Positions 1 to 10,609 of a stretch of 64,000 nucleotides of DNA are shown piece by piece. The stretch is from Syntrophales bacterium (lineage in GTDB: Bacteria; Desulfobacterota; Syntrophia; Syntrophales; UBA4778): contig CAXXQE010000001.1 in assembly GCA_963665615.2 (NCBI GenBank), forward strand, positions 201,151 to 265,150. The letters run 5' to 3'. The translations under genes and the position numbers were made by a program. A model generated the notes under the pieces. It did not search any database. It was not told the origin of the DNA and saw nothing but the letters and a program-made list of their open reading frames with translations. Every line of letters begins with the position of its first letter. Positions within the stretch are counted from its first letter, which is position 1.

Positions 1-121
1 GGTGTTCGTTAAAGAACGCGCCGGAGGAGCTTCCGGTTGCGAGAGCCCGGAGGCCCCTCTCTATCATTTATAATTGCGGGAAGGGACCGCGTGTCCCTTC
101 CTGCCATCATTAGGAGAAGAG

Positions 122-1255
122 ATGAGGTTTCGAGTAACGATAGGATTCTTGGCATTGGCCGTCTGTCTGTGGAATGTCGTCGTATGTTCAAGTGCCGAAT
201 CACAGGACAAACTCAAGACACTGACAGACAAAAGTTTACGAAACGCATATAAGGACGTTCTTGATATCCCAGCAATGATGAGTCCGCTGGCGGAAAAAAA
301 CTGGCTTACAGGTATTGCTTTGGCAGGAGAACGTATCGTTGCAGTAGGTATTCGTGGTCATATCCTCTATTCTGACGATAAGGGAAAGACATGGGTGCAA
401 AGTAAAGTTCCAGTAAGTGTCGATTTGACGGCTGTTTATTTTCCGACGCCGAAGAAAGGCTGGGTTGTTGGGCATGATGGTCTCGTATTACACACGACGG
501 ATGGTGGGACTAGCTGGATAAAGCAGTTGGATGGTTATGGGGCTTGTCGGATTATGGGCAAGTATTATAAAGATCACGCGCTTTCCGGTAAGCTCGACAA
601 GGAGGCGGCTGATAAGCTCCGTGGCGATATACAATTCCTGGCAGAACAGGGCCCCGTTAATCCTTTTCTCGATGTTTGGTTTGAGAATGAAAATGTAGGC
701 TTCGTTATTGGCGCGTTTAATATGATTTTTCGCACGACCGACGGGGGCAAGAGTTGGGAACCGTGGTTAGACCGAACGGAAAATCCGATGAGCCTTCATT
801 TGTATTGTGTAAGGCCAGCAGGGAAAGATATTTATATATGTGGCGAGCAAGGGCTTGTCTTGAAGCTCGATCGTCAGGCAAATCGTTTCAAGCTGAAACA
901 GACACCCTATATGGGAACATACTTCGGAATATTAGGCACAGATAAGGTTCTTGTGGCTTTCGGTATGCGGGGGAATATCTATTGCAGCCGAAATGGTGGC
1001 GAAAGTTGGCAGCAGGTCAAGACAGATGTGAAGGCCGGCATTCTAGCAGGTATTCAATCTACAAATGGCGATATGATCCTGGTGGCACAGGATGGAAACA
1101 TTCTCGTGAGTCAAGATGGCGCAAAGAGCTTTATGAAGGTCAATAGTGGCGTGGCCGCTGGCTTGGGCGTTCCGCTCAATGCGGTTGTTGTCGCTGGATC
1201 TGAGACACTTGTTATGGCTAGTGCGCTTGGCGTTAAAGTTCAAAAGATTAAATGA
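122..1255 (+). CDS. Secreted Ycf48-like BNR/Asp-box beta-propeller protein
   Basis: ORF 74..1255. ATG at 122 follows AGGAG (112-116). Signal-like N-terminus MRFRVTIGFLALAVCLWNVVVCSSA. Repeated Asp-box motifs YSDDKGKTW, TTDGGTSW, TTDGGKSW, SRNGGESW, SQDGAKSF. Confidence 0.75.
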   Translation: MRFRVTIGFLALAVCLWNVVVCSSAESQDKLKTLTDKSLRNAYKDVLDIPAMMSPLAEKNWLTGIALAGERIVAVGIRGHILYSDDKGKTWVQSKVPVSVDLTAVYFPTPKKGWVVGHDGLVLHTTDGGTSWIKQLDGYGACRIMGKYYKDHALSGKLDKEAADKLRGDIQFLAEQGPVNPFLDVWFENENVGFVIGAFNMIFRTTDGGKSWEPWLDRTENPMSLHLYCVRPAGKDIYICGEQGLVLKLDRQANRFKLKQTPYMGTYFGILGTDKVLVAFGMRGNIYCSRNGGESWQQVKTDVKAGILAGIQSTNGDMILVAQDGNILVSQDGAKSFMKVNSGVAAGLGVPLNAVVVAGSETLVMASALGVKVQKIK

Positions 1256-1373
1256 GTCATCGAGACAGTCGGTAGCGATGAACGCATATCCTGAAGGCCG
1301 TTGCAGCTGATTGATGCAGCGGGTTTCGCAACGACATATTTTAGATGGTTTGGGACTTTTTGGAGAAAAAATA

Positions 1374-3764
1374 ATGATGAATACAGAACAAATCGAAGAG
1401 ATGCCGGTTATAAGCGATATAAAAGACTTCGACAAAAAATCAGGTATCCTGCTGGAGCGTTTGGTTTTCAATAATCGGATCGTCTTTATTGCTATCTGCA
1501 TGCTGCTTACAATACTGCTCGGATATCAGGCGCTCCATATCAAACTGTCGGCAAGCTTTGAGAAGATGATTCCCCATGGCCACCCCTATATCAAGAATTA
1601 TCTTGCAAACAAGGGAGAGCTGCCTGGACTCGGGAATACGGTGCGAGTTGTCGTGGAAAACACGCAAGGCGATATCATGAACCCGGACTACCTGGAAATT
1701 CTGAGACAGGTCAACGACGAGATTTTTCTGACAAAGGGCGTTGATCGGGCCTGGGTTAAGTCCATCTGGTCGCCGGCAGTACGTTGGAAGGCGCTGATTG
1801 AAGAAGGCTTTCAAGGAGGACCTGTAATGCCTCCGACATACGATGGTTCCGCCGAGAGTATTGCCCAGCTAAAAACCAATATTGGCAATGCCGGCATCAT
1901 GGGCAGTTTGATCGCCATGAACAGCAAATCAGCCTTAATTGAAGTGCCCCTGCTTGAAAGAGATCCTACCGGAAAACTCTTGGATTATTCTGAATTCTCT
2001 CAGAGTCTGGAAAAAATACGAGGCATGCAGACTGCTAAATTCAGAATACATATCATTGGCTTTGCAAAGCTGGTAGGAGATTTGATTGAAGGTCTCACGA
2101 AAGTCATATCATTTTTCGCCATCGCAATATGCATGGCGGGCGTAATCATCGCTTTCTATACGCGTTGCCTTCGTAGTACGATAACGCTTCTTTTATGTTC
2201 TCTGATAGCTGTCTGCTGGCTATTGGGCATATTGGTGACCTTCGGCTTCGAGTTGAATCCATACTCCATTTTAGTACCATTCCTCATTTTCGCTATTGGT
2301 ATCTCTCACGGCGCCCAGAAGATGAACGGCATCATGCAGGACATCGGACGTGGCACGCACCAGTTGGTCGCGGCTCGTTATACCTTTCGCAGGCTTTTTT
2401 TAGCAGGTCTGACGGCGCTGCTGGCTGATACCGTAGGGTTTGCGGTATTGATGACAATTGATATTCCGGTCATCAAGGAACTCGCATTGACGGCCAGTAT
2501 CGGTGTGGCAATTCTGATCTTTACTAACTTGCTGCTGCTGCCCGTCATGCTGTCATTTATTGGGGTCAGCCAAAGTGCTGCCGTTCGGTCGCTTCGTGAA
2601 GAATCCGATGAAAACAGCATGGTTGCCAAACTGTGTGTCAAGCTGTCGAAACTCACTGAACGTCGCTTGGCCACGAAAATCGTGCTTGCTGCGGCTGCGC
2701 TGGCTGTTGGCGGTTTTATTGTTAGTCTAAACCTTCAGATCGGTGATCTTGATCCAGGAGCCCCGGAACTTCGAAAGCACTCCAGATATAATCTGGATAA
2801 CGCTTATATTACACAGAATTATTCGCTCACCAGCGATGTGTTTGCTGTGATTGTCAAGACGCCATCGAGAGGCGGCATGGCATACCAAACGCAAATCGAA
2901 ATGGATCGTCTTGCGTGGAACCTTGAGCAGCTGTCTGGGGTACAGGCAACGACATCGGCGACGAATCAAACAAAAAATATCATCTGCGGTTTTTGTGAGG
3001 GCAGCCCCAAATGGTACACCCTTCCGCGCAACCAGAGGTCTTTAAATATCGGTACGGTGTTTACCATACAAAACGCTCCCGAACTCAGCAATCAGGATGT
3101 CTCCTTGTTGCCCGTCATTGCATACTTGAAAGACCACAAGGCGGCGACACTCAAGGAGGTTGTCTCCACGGTTGAGAATTTTGCGAAGGATCACAATACG
3201 CCGGAACGCCAATTCTTGTTGGCAGCGGGTGCCGCCGGGATAGAGGCGGCAACGAACATCGTCGTCAAGGATGCGAATCGTATCATGATGCTGTATGTTT
3301 ATCTTGCAATTATGGCGCTCTGCTTTATTACGTTCCGGAACTGGCGCGCCGTTCTCGTTGCGGTGATTCCGCTCGGCATCACGTCGATTCTCTGTGAAGC
3401 CCTGATGGTCTTTCTGGGGATAGGCGTGAAGGTTGCTACACTGCCAGTTATTGCTCTAGGCGTTGGCATTGGTGTCGACTATGCTCTGTATCTCGTGAGC
3501 GTGCAGATAAAACATCAACGTGACGGCGAGCCCCTTCACGAGGCATATTTGAGGGCCCTGCGATTTACCGGAAAGGTTGTGGCGCTGGTAGGGGTAACGC
3601 TTGCAGCCGGGGTCATCACCTGGTCATTTTCTCCCATCAAGTTCCAGGCAGATATGGGCATCCTTCTCAGTTTCATGTTTCTCTGGAACATGATTGGCGC
3701 GCTTGTCCTCATCCCTGCACTCTCTCATTTTATCATGCAGACAAAATGGATAGCCAAAAACTGA
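1374..3764 (+). CDS. RND-superfamily (MMPL-type) membrane transporter
   Basis: ORF 1311..3764. In-frame ATG at 1374 follows GGAGAAAAA. Two clusters of hydrophobic helices are each preceded by a large soluble loop, as in RND/MMPL exporters. It directly follows the BNR propeller gene, a recurrent pairing. Confidence 0.8.
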   Translation: MMNTEQIEEMPVISDIKDFDKKSGILLERLVFNNRIVFIAICMLLTILLGYQALHIKLSASFEKMIPHGHPYIKNYLANKGELPGLGNTVRVVVENTQGDIMNPDYLEILRQVNDEIFLTKGVDRAWVKSIWSPAVRWKALIEEGFQGGPVMPPTYDGSAESIAQLKTNIGNAGIMGSLIAMNSKSALIEVPLLERDPTGKLLDYSEFSQSLEKIRGMQTAKFRIHIIGFAKLVGDLIEGLTKVISFFAIAICMAGVIIAFYTRCLRSTITLLLCSLIAVCWLLGILVTFGFELNPYSILVPFLIFAIGISHGAQKMNGIMQDIGRGTHQLVAARYTFRRLFLAGLTALLADTVGFAVLMTIDIPVIKELALTASIGVAILIFTNLLLLPVMLSFIGVSQSAAVRSLREESDENSMVAKLCVKLSKLTERRLATKIVLAAAALAVGGFIVSLNLQIGDLDPGAPELRKHSRYNLDNAYITQNYSLTSDVFAVIVKTPSRGGMAYQTQIEMDRLAWNLEQLSGVQATTSATNQTKNIICGFCEGSPKWYTLPRNQRSLNIGTVFTIQNAPELSNQDVSLLPVIAYLKDHKAATLKEVVSTVENFAKDHNTPERQFLLAAGAAGIEAATNIVVKDANRIMMLYVYLAIMALCFITFRNWRAVLVAVIPLGITSILCEALMVFLGIGVKVATLPVIALGVGIGVDYALYLVSVQIKHQRDGEPLHEAYLRALRFTGKVVALVGVTLAAGVITWSFSPIKFQADMGILLSFMFLWNMIGALVLIPALSHFIMQTKWIAKN

Positions 3765-3862
3765 TATCCTAAAAATTAATAAAATGGCGCTAACTCACTT
3801 ATCGGTTGTTCTATAACGCGGTTAGCGCTTCCACGATAAGGCTTTTGTATAGGAGGAAGGTA

Positions 3863-6532
3863 ATGAAGCCCATAGCGAAGTTTATCGAATATATAGATAA
3901 AGTTTTCCAAAACCCTCTTTCTTTCGAGCATGGTGATGATGCAACTACTACCAAGGTTTTTGAGAAACTCATATCCCAGGAAGATGCAGAAATTCTCATT
4001 CATTTGACCCCGGAACTGGAGTCGCCGGAGGACTTCGCAGGAAGAATCGGGGAGGATATTGAAAAGGTAAGAGAATTGTTGGAGCGGGCTGCCCATAACG
4101 GGGTCATTTTTATGGAGTACAAAAATGATCGTCCCTTCTATCGATTGGTGCCGTGGGCGCCTGGAACCCTGGAATTCTGCATCCATCCGGAAATCATCCA
4201 GATACCGGGGATGGCCGATCTTTTATATAAGTCGTGGGAAGATACGGCGTTAGATGCCTACACCAAATTGCCTAAGGGCGTTATGCGAGTCATTCCGGTT
4301 CAAGAGACCATTGATGGCATGCCGGTAAGGATGTCCTACGAGGACGCAAAAGGGATCATTGATAGGGCCTCAGATATTGCTTGTACGAACTGCCTTTGCC
4401 GGACACTGAAAAAAATGAAGGGGGAGGGCTGCGGGCATCCTATTGAAGGGATGTGCATGTATCTGAATGAATGGGCTGATTACTTCGTGAGAACGGGACG
4501 GGGGAAAAGAATTACGAAAGATCAAGCAAAAGCGACTTTAAAAAAAGCGAATGATGCGGGTCTGGTTCATCAGGGTTTTATTATAGAGAATTTTTCACCC
4601 TTTCTTTGTAATTGCTGCGGCTGTTGCTGTATGGGTTTAAGTACCCTGACGCGATTCAATGTTCCTGCAGCCATCTTAAGATCGAATTATAAACCGCAAC
4701 TCGATAAGGACAAATGCACGGCATGCGGGGCTTGTGTTGAGCGCTGCCAATTTCAAGCGCTCAAACTCGGTGATGCCATTTGCAAGCATACAGATACTGT
4801 AGCTGATGAAGTTCTCAAGGTTAAAGACAAACGAGAAAATAGATTAAAGCGCATTGATCAAAATAGTATCCTTCGGTATGACGCAGTAAAAAGAACCGAA
4901 GGGAATAAATGGGATTATGAAGATCCCGATTACCGCGTGAGGACTATCGTAGATGAGTATGGTACGAGTGGTTGTCAGACGGAATGTCCCGCTCACATTT
5001 CCGTTCAGGGTTCTATCCGAATGGTGGCTCAGGGCAAATACAAGGAAGCCCTGGCGTTGATCAAAAAGGATAATCCTTTCCCCGCCGTTTGCAGCCGTGT
5101 CTGTCCGCATCGCTGCGAATCAGCCTGTTTCCGAAACAATGTGGACGAACCTGTGGGCATTGATCTAATCACGCGCTTCATCGCCGACCGGGATCTCAAA
5201 GCAGCGAACCGCTTTGTTCCGGAGATAAAAATAAAACGCGACGAGAAAGTGGCGGTAATTGGGGCAGGCCCTGCGGGACTGACTTGCGCCTATTACCTGG
5301 CGGTCGAGGGCTACAAAGTGACCGTATATGAGAAGCAGTCGATGCTGGGGGGCATGCTCACGATGGGGATTCCCCCCTTCCGTCTGGCTCGCGATGTGAT
5401 CGAAGCAGAAATTGACATCATCCGTCAGCTCGGCGTTGAATTTAGAACGGGCGTGAATATCGGGAAAGATATCACGATCCCGCAGTTGCGCCAAGAGGGC
5501 TATAAGGCCTTCTTCATTGCTGTAGGCGCCCAGCTTAGCAAGGACATGGGCATTGAGGGCGAAGAGGCAGAAGGCGTTATCCAGGCGATTGATTTTCTGC
5601 GGGACGTGAACCTCGGGAAGAAGGTTGCCCTAGGAAATAAGGTCGTAGTCGTTGGCGGGGGAAACGTGGCGATCGACGTGGCGCGGACGGCTTTGCGAGA
5701 GGGCGCGTCAGAAGTGGCGCTTTTCTGCTTAGAATCCCGAGATGAGATGCCAGCCTGGAAAGAGGAGTTGGAAGAAGCCATAGAAGAAGGCGTCAAGATT
5801 AATCCTTCGTGGGGAGTCAAGAGGATTCTTCAGAAGGACGGCAAAGTGTCCGGTATAGAAGTCATGAAGTGCACATCCTATTTTGATGCAGAGAAGCATA
5901 TTCATCCGACCTTTGATGAAAAAACGATCCGGACCGAGCCGGCGGATTCCATCCTGGTCTACATAGGACAGTCAACGGAATGGAGCTGCTCGAGCACTTG
6001 TCAGTTGGCGGCGTTCGGGACGATCCAGGTTGATCTGATGACCCTGCAGTCGGCCGACCCCGATATCTTCGCCGGGGGCGATGCCGTAACCGGGCCCAAG
6101 ATTGTCATCGATGCCATTGCGGCTGGCAAGGAGGCTGCAATTTCCATTCATAGGTACCTTCAGGGGCGCAACCTGAAGCTGGGGCGCGAAAGGGAATATC
6201 GGGCCATCGGTCCAGCGGAAAGCGGGGGGTTTGACCGTATTCCGCGGCAGCAGGCGCCTCATATAACTCCTCAGGAGCGAATAAAGTGCTCCGGGGAGTA
6301 CCAACAGGGGCTGACGGAAGAACAGGTGCGCAAGGAGACGGAACGTTGTCTCGGATGCGGCGTTGTTATTCTGGATGAAGATAAGTGCATGGGGTGCGGT
6401 GTATGCGTGGTTCAATGTAAATTCGAAGCCTTGAAGATGGTACCGAGGGACGAAAAATTCTATCCCCCGAAAGATGGGGAAACCTTTGTGGCGGAGGTCG
6501 CTGAATACGTGGAACAAAAAAAGGTTAAGTGA
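3863..6532 (+). CDS. Fusion protein: winged-helix/poly-Cys Fe-S module + GltD/NfnB-like NAD(P)H:FAD oxidoreductase + C-terminal 2x[4Fe-4S] ferredoxin
   Basis: ORF 3806..6532. ATG 3863 follows AGGAGGAAGG. The N-terminal ~330 aa share motifs with the 6574, 7846, 10788 and 14249 proteins (CTNCLCR...C...C, then CNCCGCCC, then CTACGACVERC). The middle has GltD-type motifs (CPAHISVQG, CSRVCPHRCESAC). There are two Rossmann motifs (VAVIGAGPAGL, VVVVGGGNVAIDVA). The C-terminus has CLGCGV..CMGCGVCVVQC. Confidence 0.8.
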   Translation: MKPIAKFIEYIDKVFQNPLSFEHGDDATTTKVFEKLISQEDAEILIHLTPELESPEDFAGRIGEDIEKVRELLERAAHNGVIFMEYKNDRPFYRLVPWAPGTLEFCIHPEIIQIPGMADLLYKSWEDTALDAYTKLPKGVMRVIPVQETIDGMPVRMSYEDAKGIIDRASDIACTNCLCRTLKKMKGEGCGHPIEGMCMYLNEWADYFVRTGRGKRITKDQAKATLKKANDAGLVHQGFIIENFSPFLCNCCGCCCMGLSTLTRFNVPAAILRSNYKPQLDKDKCTACGACVERCQFQALKLGDAICKHTDTVADEVLKVKDKRENRLKRIDQNSILRYDAVKRTEGNKWDYEDPDYRVRTIVDEYGTSGCQTECPAHISVQGSIRMVAQGKYKEALALIKKDNPFPAVCSRVCPHRCESACFRNNVDEPVGIDLITRFIADRDLKAANRFVPEIKIKRDEKVAVIGAGPAGLTCAYYLAVEGYKVTVYEKQSMLGGMLTMGIPPFRLARDVIEAEIDIIRQLGVEFRTGVNIGKDITIPQLRQEGYKAFFIAVGAQLSKDMGIEGEEAEGVIQAIDFLRDVNLGKKVALGNKVVVVGGGNVAIDVARTALREGASEVALFCLESRDEMPAWKEELEEAIEEGVKINPSWGVKRILQKDGKVSGIEVMKCTSYFDAEKHIHPTFDEKTIRTEPADSILVYIGQSTEWSCSSTCQLAAFGTIQVDLMTLQSADPDIFAGGDAVTGPKIVIDAIAAGKEAAISIHRYLQGRNLKLGREREYRAIGPAESGGFDRIPRQQAPHITPQERIKCSGEYQQGLTEEQVRKETERCLGCGVVILDEDKCMGCGVCVVQCKFEALKMVPRDEKFYPPKDGETFVAEVAEYVEQKKVK

Positions 6533-6573
6533 GCCTGTCGCAATCAATAGCCGTTGCATGAAGGAGAAAGCAA

Positions 6574-7827
6574 ATGGGTAGCTGGTTAACACCTCTGCAA
6601 GTACGAGATGCCTATGATGCGCTCACGCGCAAACTGAGGTATCCCAGTTCCGTAACACTTCGAAAGATTCTGGAGCTGGCTATGAGCTTGGAAGAAGCGG
6701 AACTTCTTCTAGCGATGCCAGGAACCGTTGATTCACTTGCCGCAAAGTTAAACCGCGACCAGAAACTTGTCAAAGGTCAGATCGACAGAATGTTCTCGGC
6801 AGGGCTCATTATGGAGTATCCGAATCCGGACGGTACGGTGACCTATACGCAGCCCACGCCGTTCTGGAGTATCGAGTCGACCAGCGACCAGATGCTTTGG
6901 GAGATTGGAGCTCGCTATATTCCAAAATCGGGACGGATTACGGCACAGGATTTATGGGGTCGGTTCGACCAGAAAACGGAGCAGCTATGTGAGCTCTGGA
7001 ACAAATTCTTTTATGAAGAGTGGTACCGGTGGCAGCGTCCGAACGAATTGGTCCATCGTAATGTGGATATGCTCGGCGGCTCGGAGGGCTTGGCGCAAAC
7101 ATTCGGAATGCTTCCTGCCGCCCTGGCTCTGGAAAAGAGCGAAGCCCTTGGAACCGAGATTTTAGAACCATTCGATATGAGAGTGTTTGCAAGACAAGGT
7201 GAGAAAGGTGGCGGAATGTATTGCCGCTGTTGCAGCTGCCGGACGAGGAATAGGGGATGTGATGTTCCACTCTGGATTTGCGGCACTTTTTGGGATGGTC
7301 AGCCTGGCAGAGAAGCCTTAATTGATCTTAATGACAGAAGGGGAACGCTCCACAAGTATTCAGCTGAAGAGTGGCTGGAAATCATGATCCGAGCGGAAGA
7401 AGATCAGATGGTTGTCCATATGGGTGATGCGTGGCTGGTTGCTTGCACCTGCTGCCGCGACTGCTGTAATTGGCTTACGCCTCTTCTCATGTATTCCGAG
7501 GAACCATGGGAGGGGGTCCAGGCTTCGCCATATCGTGCAGTGGTTAACAACGATGTATGCGAAGGATGCACGAAGAATTGTATTCCCCGCTGTGCCTTCA
7601 GGGTAATGAAGGGGGTTAAGGATCCCTCTACCGGCAAGATAAAGCCTTATGTTGATCCCGACAAGTGCGTCGGATGCGGTCAGTGCGTTATCGGATGCAG
7701 GGTTCAGGGTGCCATCAAACTGGAGGTGGCGGATAAAGCCGGCGCTCATATCCCCGAGATGTGCGGCAGGTCAAAAGTGCCGGAAAGCATTTTGGGCCCT
7801 AATCCAATCATTCCGCGTTCCCGATAA
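6574..7827 (+). CDS. Uncharacterised winged-helix / poly-cysteine / di-ferredoxin protein, paralog 1
   Basis: 417-aa ORF with AAGGAG RBS. Motifs: LEEAELLLAMPGTV (HTH-like), CRCCSCRTRNRGCDVPLWIC, CTCCRDCCNW, CEGCTKNCIPRC and CVGCGQCVIGC. Confidence 0.8.
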   Translation: MGSWLTPLQVRDAYDALTRKLRYPSSVTLRKILELAMSLEEAELLLAMPGTVDSLAAKLNRDQKLVKGQIDRMFSAGLIMEYPNPDGTVTYTQPTPFWSIESTSDQMLWEIGARYIPKSGRITAQDLWGRFDQKTEQLCELWNKFFYEEWYRWQRPNELVHRNVDMLGGSEGLAQTFGMLPAALALEKSEALGTEILEPFDMRVFARQGEKGGGMYCRCCSCRTRNRGCDVPLWICGTFWDGQPGREALIDLNDRRGTLHKYSAEEWLEIMIRAEEDQMVVHMGDAWLVACTCCRDCCNWLTPLLMYSEEPWEGVQASPYRAVVNNDVCEGCTKNCIPRCAFRVMKGVKDPSTGKIKPYVDPDKCVGCGQCVIGCRVQGAIKLEVADKAGAHIPEMCGRSKVPESILGPNPIIPRSR

Positions 7828-7845
7828 ATGACTTAAGGAGAGAAA

Positions 7846-9093
7846 ATGAGAAGTGTAATGCTGACGCCCCTTTCGGGGAGAGACGCTTATGATACTCTGA
7901 CGCGTAAACTGGATTATCCTACTTCCGTTACGCTTCGGCGAATTTTTGAGCTTGCGATGAGTCTGGAGGAAGCCGAGCTCTTGGTCGAGATGCCTGCTAC
8001 GGTTGAGGCTCTTGCAGAGAAGCTAAACAGGGAACCAAAAATCGTCAAAGAACAGATTGAGAGACTGTATTGGATTGGACTACTGATCGAGACACTGAAT
8101 CCGGACGGTTCCGTAACTTACTCGCAGCCTGTTCCAACGTGCATCGAAACCGTCAGCGACAATATGATGTATGCCATCGGGGGCAACTATGCGCCTAAGT
8201 CCGGAAAGACGACGGCGCAGGATTTGTGGAGTCGCCTGGATGATAAAACATTAAAAATATGCGATCTCTGGAATAAGTTTTTCTATGAAGAGTGGTATCG
8301 ATGGCAACGCGTTAATGAGTTGGTTCATCGCAATATCGAGATCCTCGGCGGTTCGGCGGGTTATGCTCGCGCCTTCGGAATCATGCCTGCCGCAAGGGCC
8401 TTGGAGAAAAGCGAGGCAATGGGCACCGAGATTCTTCCGGAATGGGATTTGCGTGAGATAGCGAGAAAGGGAGAAAAAGGGATATACAGCCGTGTCTGTA
8501 CTTGTCGGACCCGAGCCAAGGGATGTGATTTTCCGCTCTGGGTCTGCGGGGCATACTGGGACGGCATGCCGGGCAGAGATGTCAATACGGAAGTCCGAGC
8601 CGACAGACGGGGCCATCTCCACAAATATTCCGGTGAAGAATGGCTGGAGATAATGCTTCGCGGTGAAGAGGACATGATGATGGTCCATATGGGTGACGCA
8701 TGGATGGTTGCCTGCAACTGCTGCCGGGACTGCTGCAACTATATTGATCCTCTTAGTCGTTATGCTGAGCCATGGGAGGGCGTCCATCCGTCGCCTTATC
8801 GTGCGATTGTCAATTGCGAGGTGTGTGAAGGCTGCACCCAAGACTGTTTCCCCCGGTGTGCTTTCAAGGTCATCGAAGGGAAGAAGGATCTTTCTGACGG
8901 TGAGATAAAGCCTTATGTCGATCCCGACAAGTGTGTCGGGTGCGGCCAGTGTGTTGTTGGTTGCAAGGTGCAGGGCGCCATCAAAATGGAACTGGCGGAA
9001 AAGGCGGGGGCCCATGTTCCATTGATGGGTGGCAGGGCGAAAGTTCCGGGAAATATACCGGCCTTTAAACCTAAAATTCCACGTCCGCGATAG
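7846..9093 (+). CDS. Uncharacterised winged-helix / poly-cysteine / di-ferredoxin protein, paralog 2
   Basis: 415-aa ORF with AAGGAGAG RBS. Collinear with paralog 1 over its full length, with the same Cys motifs (CTCRTRAKGCDFPLWVC, CNCCRDCCNY, CEGCTQDCFPRC, CVGCGQCVVGC). Confidence 0.8.
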   Translation: MRSVMLTPLSGRDAYDTLTRKLDYPTSVTLRRIFELAMSLEEAELLVEMPATVEALAEKLNREPKIVKEQIERLYWIGLLIETLNPDGSVTYSQPVPTCIETVSDNMMYAIGGNYAPKSGKTTAQDLWSRLDDKTLKICDLWNKFFYEEWYRWQRVNELVHRNIEILGGSAGYARAFGIMPAARALEKSEAMGTEILPEWDLREIARKGEKGIYSRVCTCRTRAKGCDFPLWVCGAYWDGMPGRDVNTEVRADRRGHLHKYSGEEWLEIMLRGEEDMMMVHMGDAWMVACNCCRDCCNYIDPLSRYAEPWEGVHPSPYRAIVNCEVCEGCTQDCFPRCAFKVIEGKKDLSDGEIKPYVDPDKCVGCGQCVVGCKVQGAIKMELAEKAGAHVPLMGGRAKVPGNIPAFKPKIPRPR

Positions 9094-9377
9094 ACAGTAA
9101 AATGAGATTATTCATAATAAAGTTGAAATTGATTGTGAAAAATAAGTCGGATTTAAATCCTCTTTGCAAAAAATATCTCTGCGAAAAGTAACTTGCGAAC
9201 AAAAGCAAACGTCCTATGCATGTAGAGACTATCACGCAGCTTTTGAATATTCGAAATTTTCACGCCGAGAAATATCAGGCAGCGACTGTAAAGACTTTTT
9301 CGTTGCCTTGGTGTGGGGAAAGGAACGGCCGCCGGTGTGTGCCCGATGCGGTCGCATTCAATGCTCAAGAGTTCAAA

Positions 9378-10145
9378 ATGCCACCTATGAAAAAGCTTGT
9401 TGAAGAATCCGCAGAAAAATTCGGAAACAAAACTTTTCTATATTTTAAAAACCAAAAAATATCCTTCATGGAAGTCAACAGGATCTCTAATCTGGTCGCA
9501 AGCGCTTTTCAAGACAAAGGCATCCGGAAAGGGGACCGGGTGGCGTTGATGTTAACGAACCGTCCCGAGTTCATTTATCTATGGTTTGGTCTCAATAAAA
9601 TTGGGGCCAGTGTCGTGCCAATCGATACAGAATTGGCCGCATATGAAGTTGAGTACATCTTGAAGCATTCTGAGGCCAAAATGGTTGCTACGGAGGAACG
9701 CACGTTGGCAAGGATACAGGATGCTCCTAAAATTGCACCTGGTATTGATAAAGTCGTCCTCCTTGATGGCGTTGGAGAAAACAAAAAATGGGTATCATTC
9801 ACATCGTTTATTGCAGGTCAGCAGGATTCATTCGAATCGGTTGATATTGATAACAGTACTGAAGCGGCCATTTTATATACCCGTAAAACAGGTGCACTTA
9901 AAGGCTGCATTGTTGATCAGTTTTATTATTTGAATATGGGAGAGCTATATCTGCGGGTAAATAAAATAGATAAGCGACGGGGGATCATCATCACTCTGCC
10001 AGTTTCCAATTTGGATGCGCAGGGCATTCCAATAGTTGGAGCATGTCTTATCGGGGCACGTATCGTTTTGCTAGACCGCTCCCAGTCCGATACTCTGAGT
10101 AAAACTAACAGGAGAAGGGAGCTAACCAAATTAATTTCATTTTAA
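9378..10145 (+). pseudogene. Truncated AMP-dependent acyl-CoA synthetase/ligase (N-terminal ~255 aa only)
   Basis: The N-terminus matches adenylate-forming ligases (KKLVEESAEKFGNKTFLYF..ISFMEVNRISNLVA..GDRVALMLTNRPEF). The P-loop is degenerate (AAILYTRKTGALKG instead of YTSGTTGxPKG). The ORF stops after about half the usual length and is followed by IS debris. Confidence 0.6.
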
Positions 10146-10384
10146 AAAGTATCACAACGCGCCGTGGATACACGTGAGAGGAGAGAAGTTCAAGAAAGCA
10201 CAAGGCTCAAAAGATAGAATGAACTGCCAACCATACGCCACTGCAAACAATGATTGAATCTCATGTGGATCATGACACAAAAAAGACAAGTCAGACGGGA
10301 AAATGGCTACGCCCACTGAAGCGATATCCCTGGCCTCGTTTGTAAAAGATCAGTTCAACGGCATCTATTCAAATCTTTAAACAG

Positions 10385-10609
10385 TTTTGGACTCGCTGAA
10401 AGAGTGGATTGCCGAGATCAAAGCCAATCTCCCGGCCTTCGTTCATTGAGTTGGCATACAAATTCATCAAGAGGAGGCATTATCTGCGGAACTATTTCCG
10501 ATCCAAAAAAAACGATGCCATTTCTGAAGGCATCATCCATAAAATAATGCGACTCATACGAATGGCCTATGGGTTCAAGAATGTCCAATATTTAATCAAC
10601 CAATATTGA
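10385..10609 (+). mobile_element. ISL3-family transposase C-terminal remnant
   Basis: The short ORF 10409..10609 ends ..NDAISEGIIHKIMRLIRMAYGFKNVQYL. This resembles the conserved ISL3 C-terminus (..TNgxxEGxNnKIKxiKRxaYGFrNfxnf). Upstream frames are broken by stops and no intact transposase is present. Confidence 0.5.

Noticed and set aside
1-121. Short ORFs at the left edge (9..203 minus, 37..252 plus) and a small hairpin GGGAAGGGAC-N5-GTCCCTTCC near 78-101.
   Set aside because: The ORFs overlap the better-supported BNR gene start region and have no motifs. The hairpin lacks a T-run, and the upstream gene is outside the window, so no terminator call is justified.
9216-9377. Longer version of the acyl-CoA ligase ORF starting at 9216.
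   Set aside because: The extra 54 codons have no similarity to ligase N-termini and lie in an AT-rich non-coding-looking region. MPPMKKLVEESAEKFG at 9378 matches the family start.
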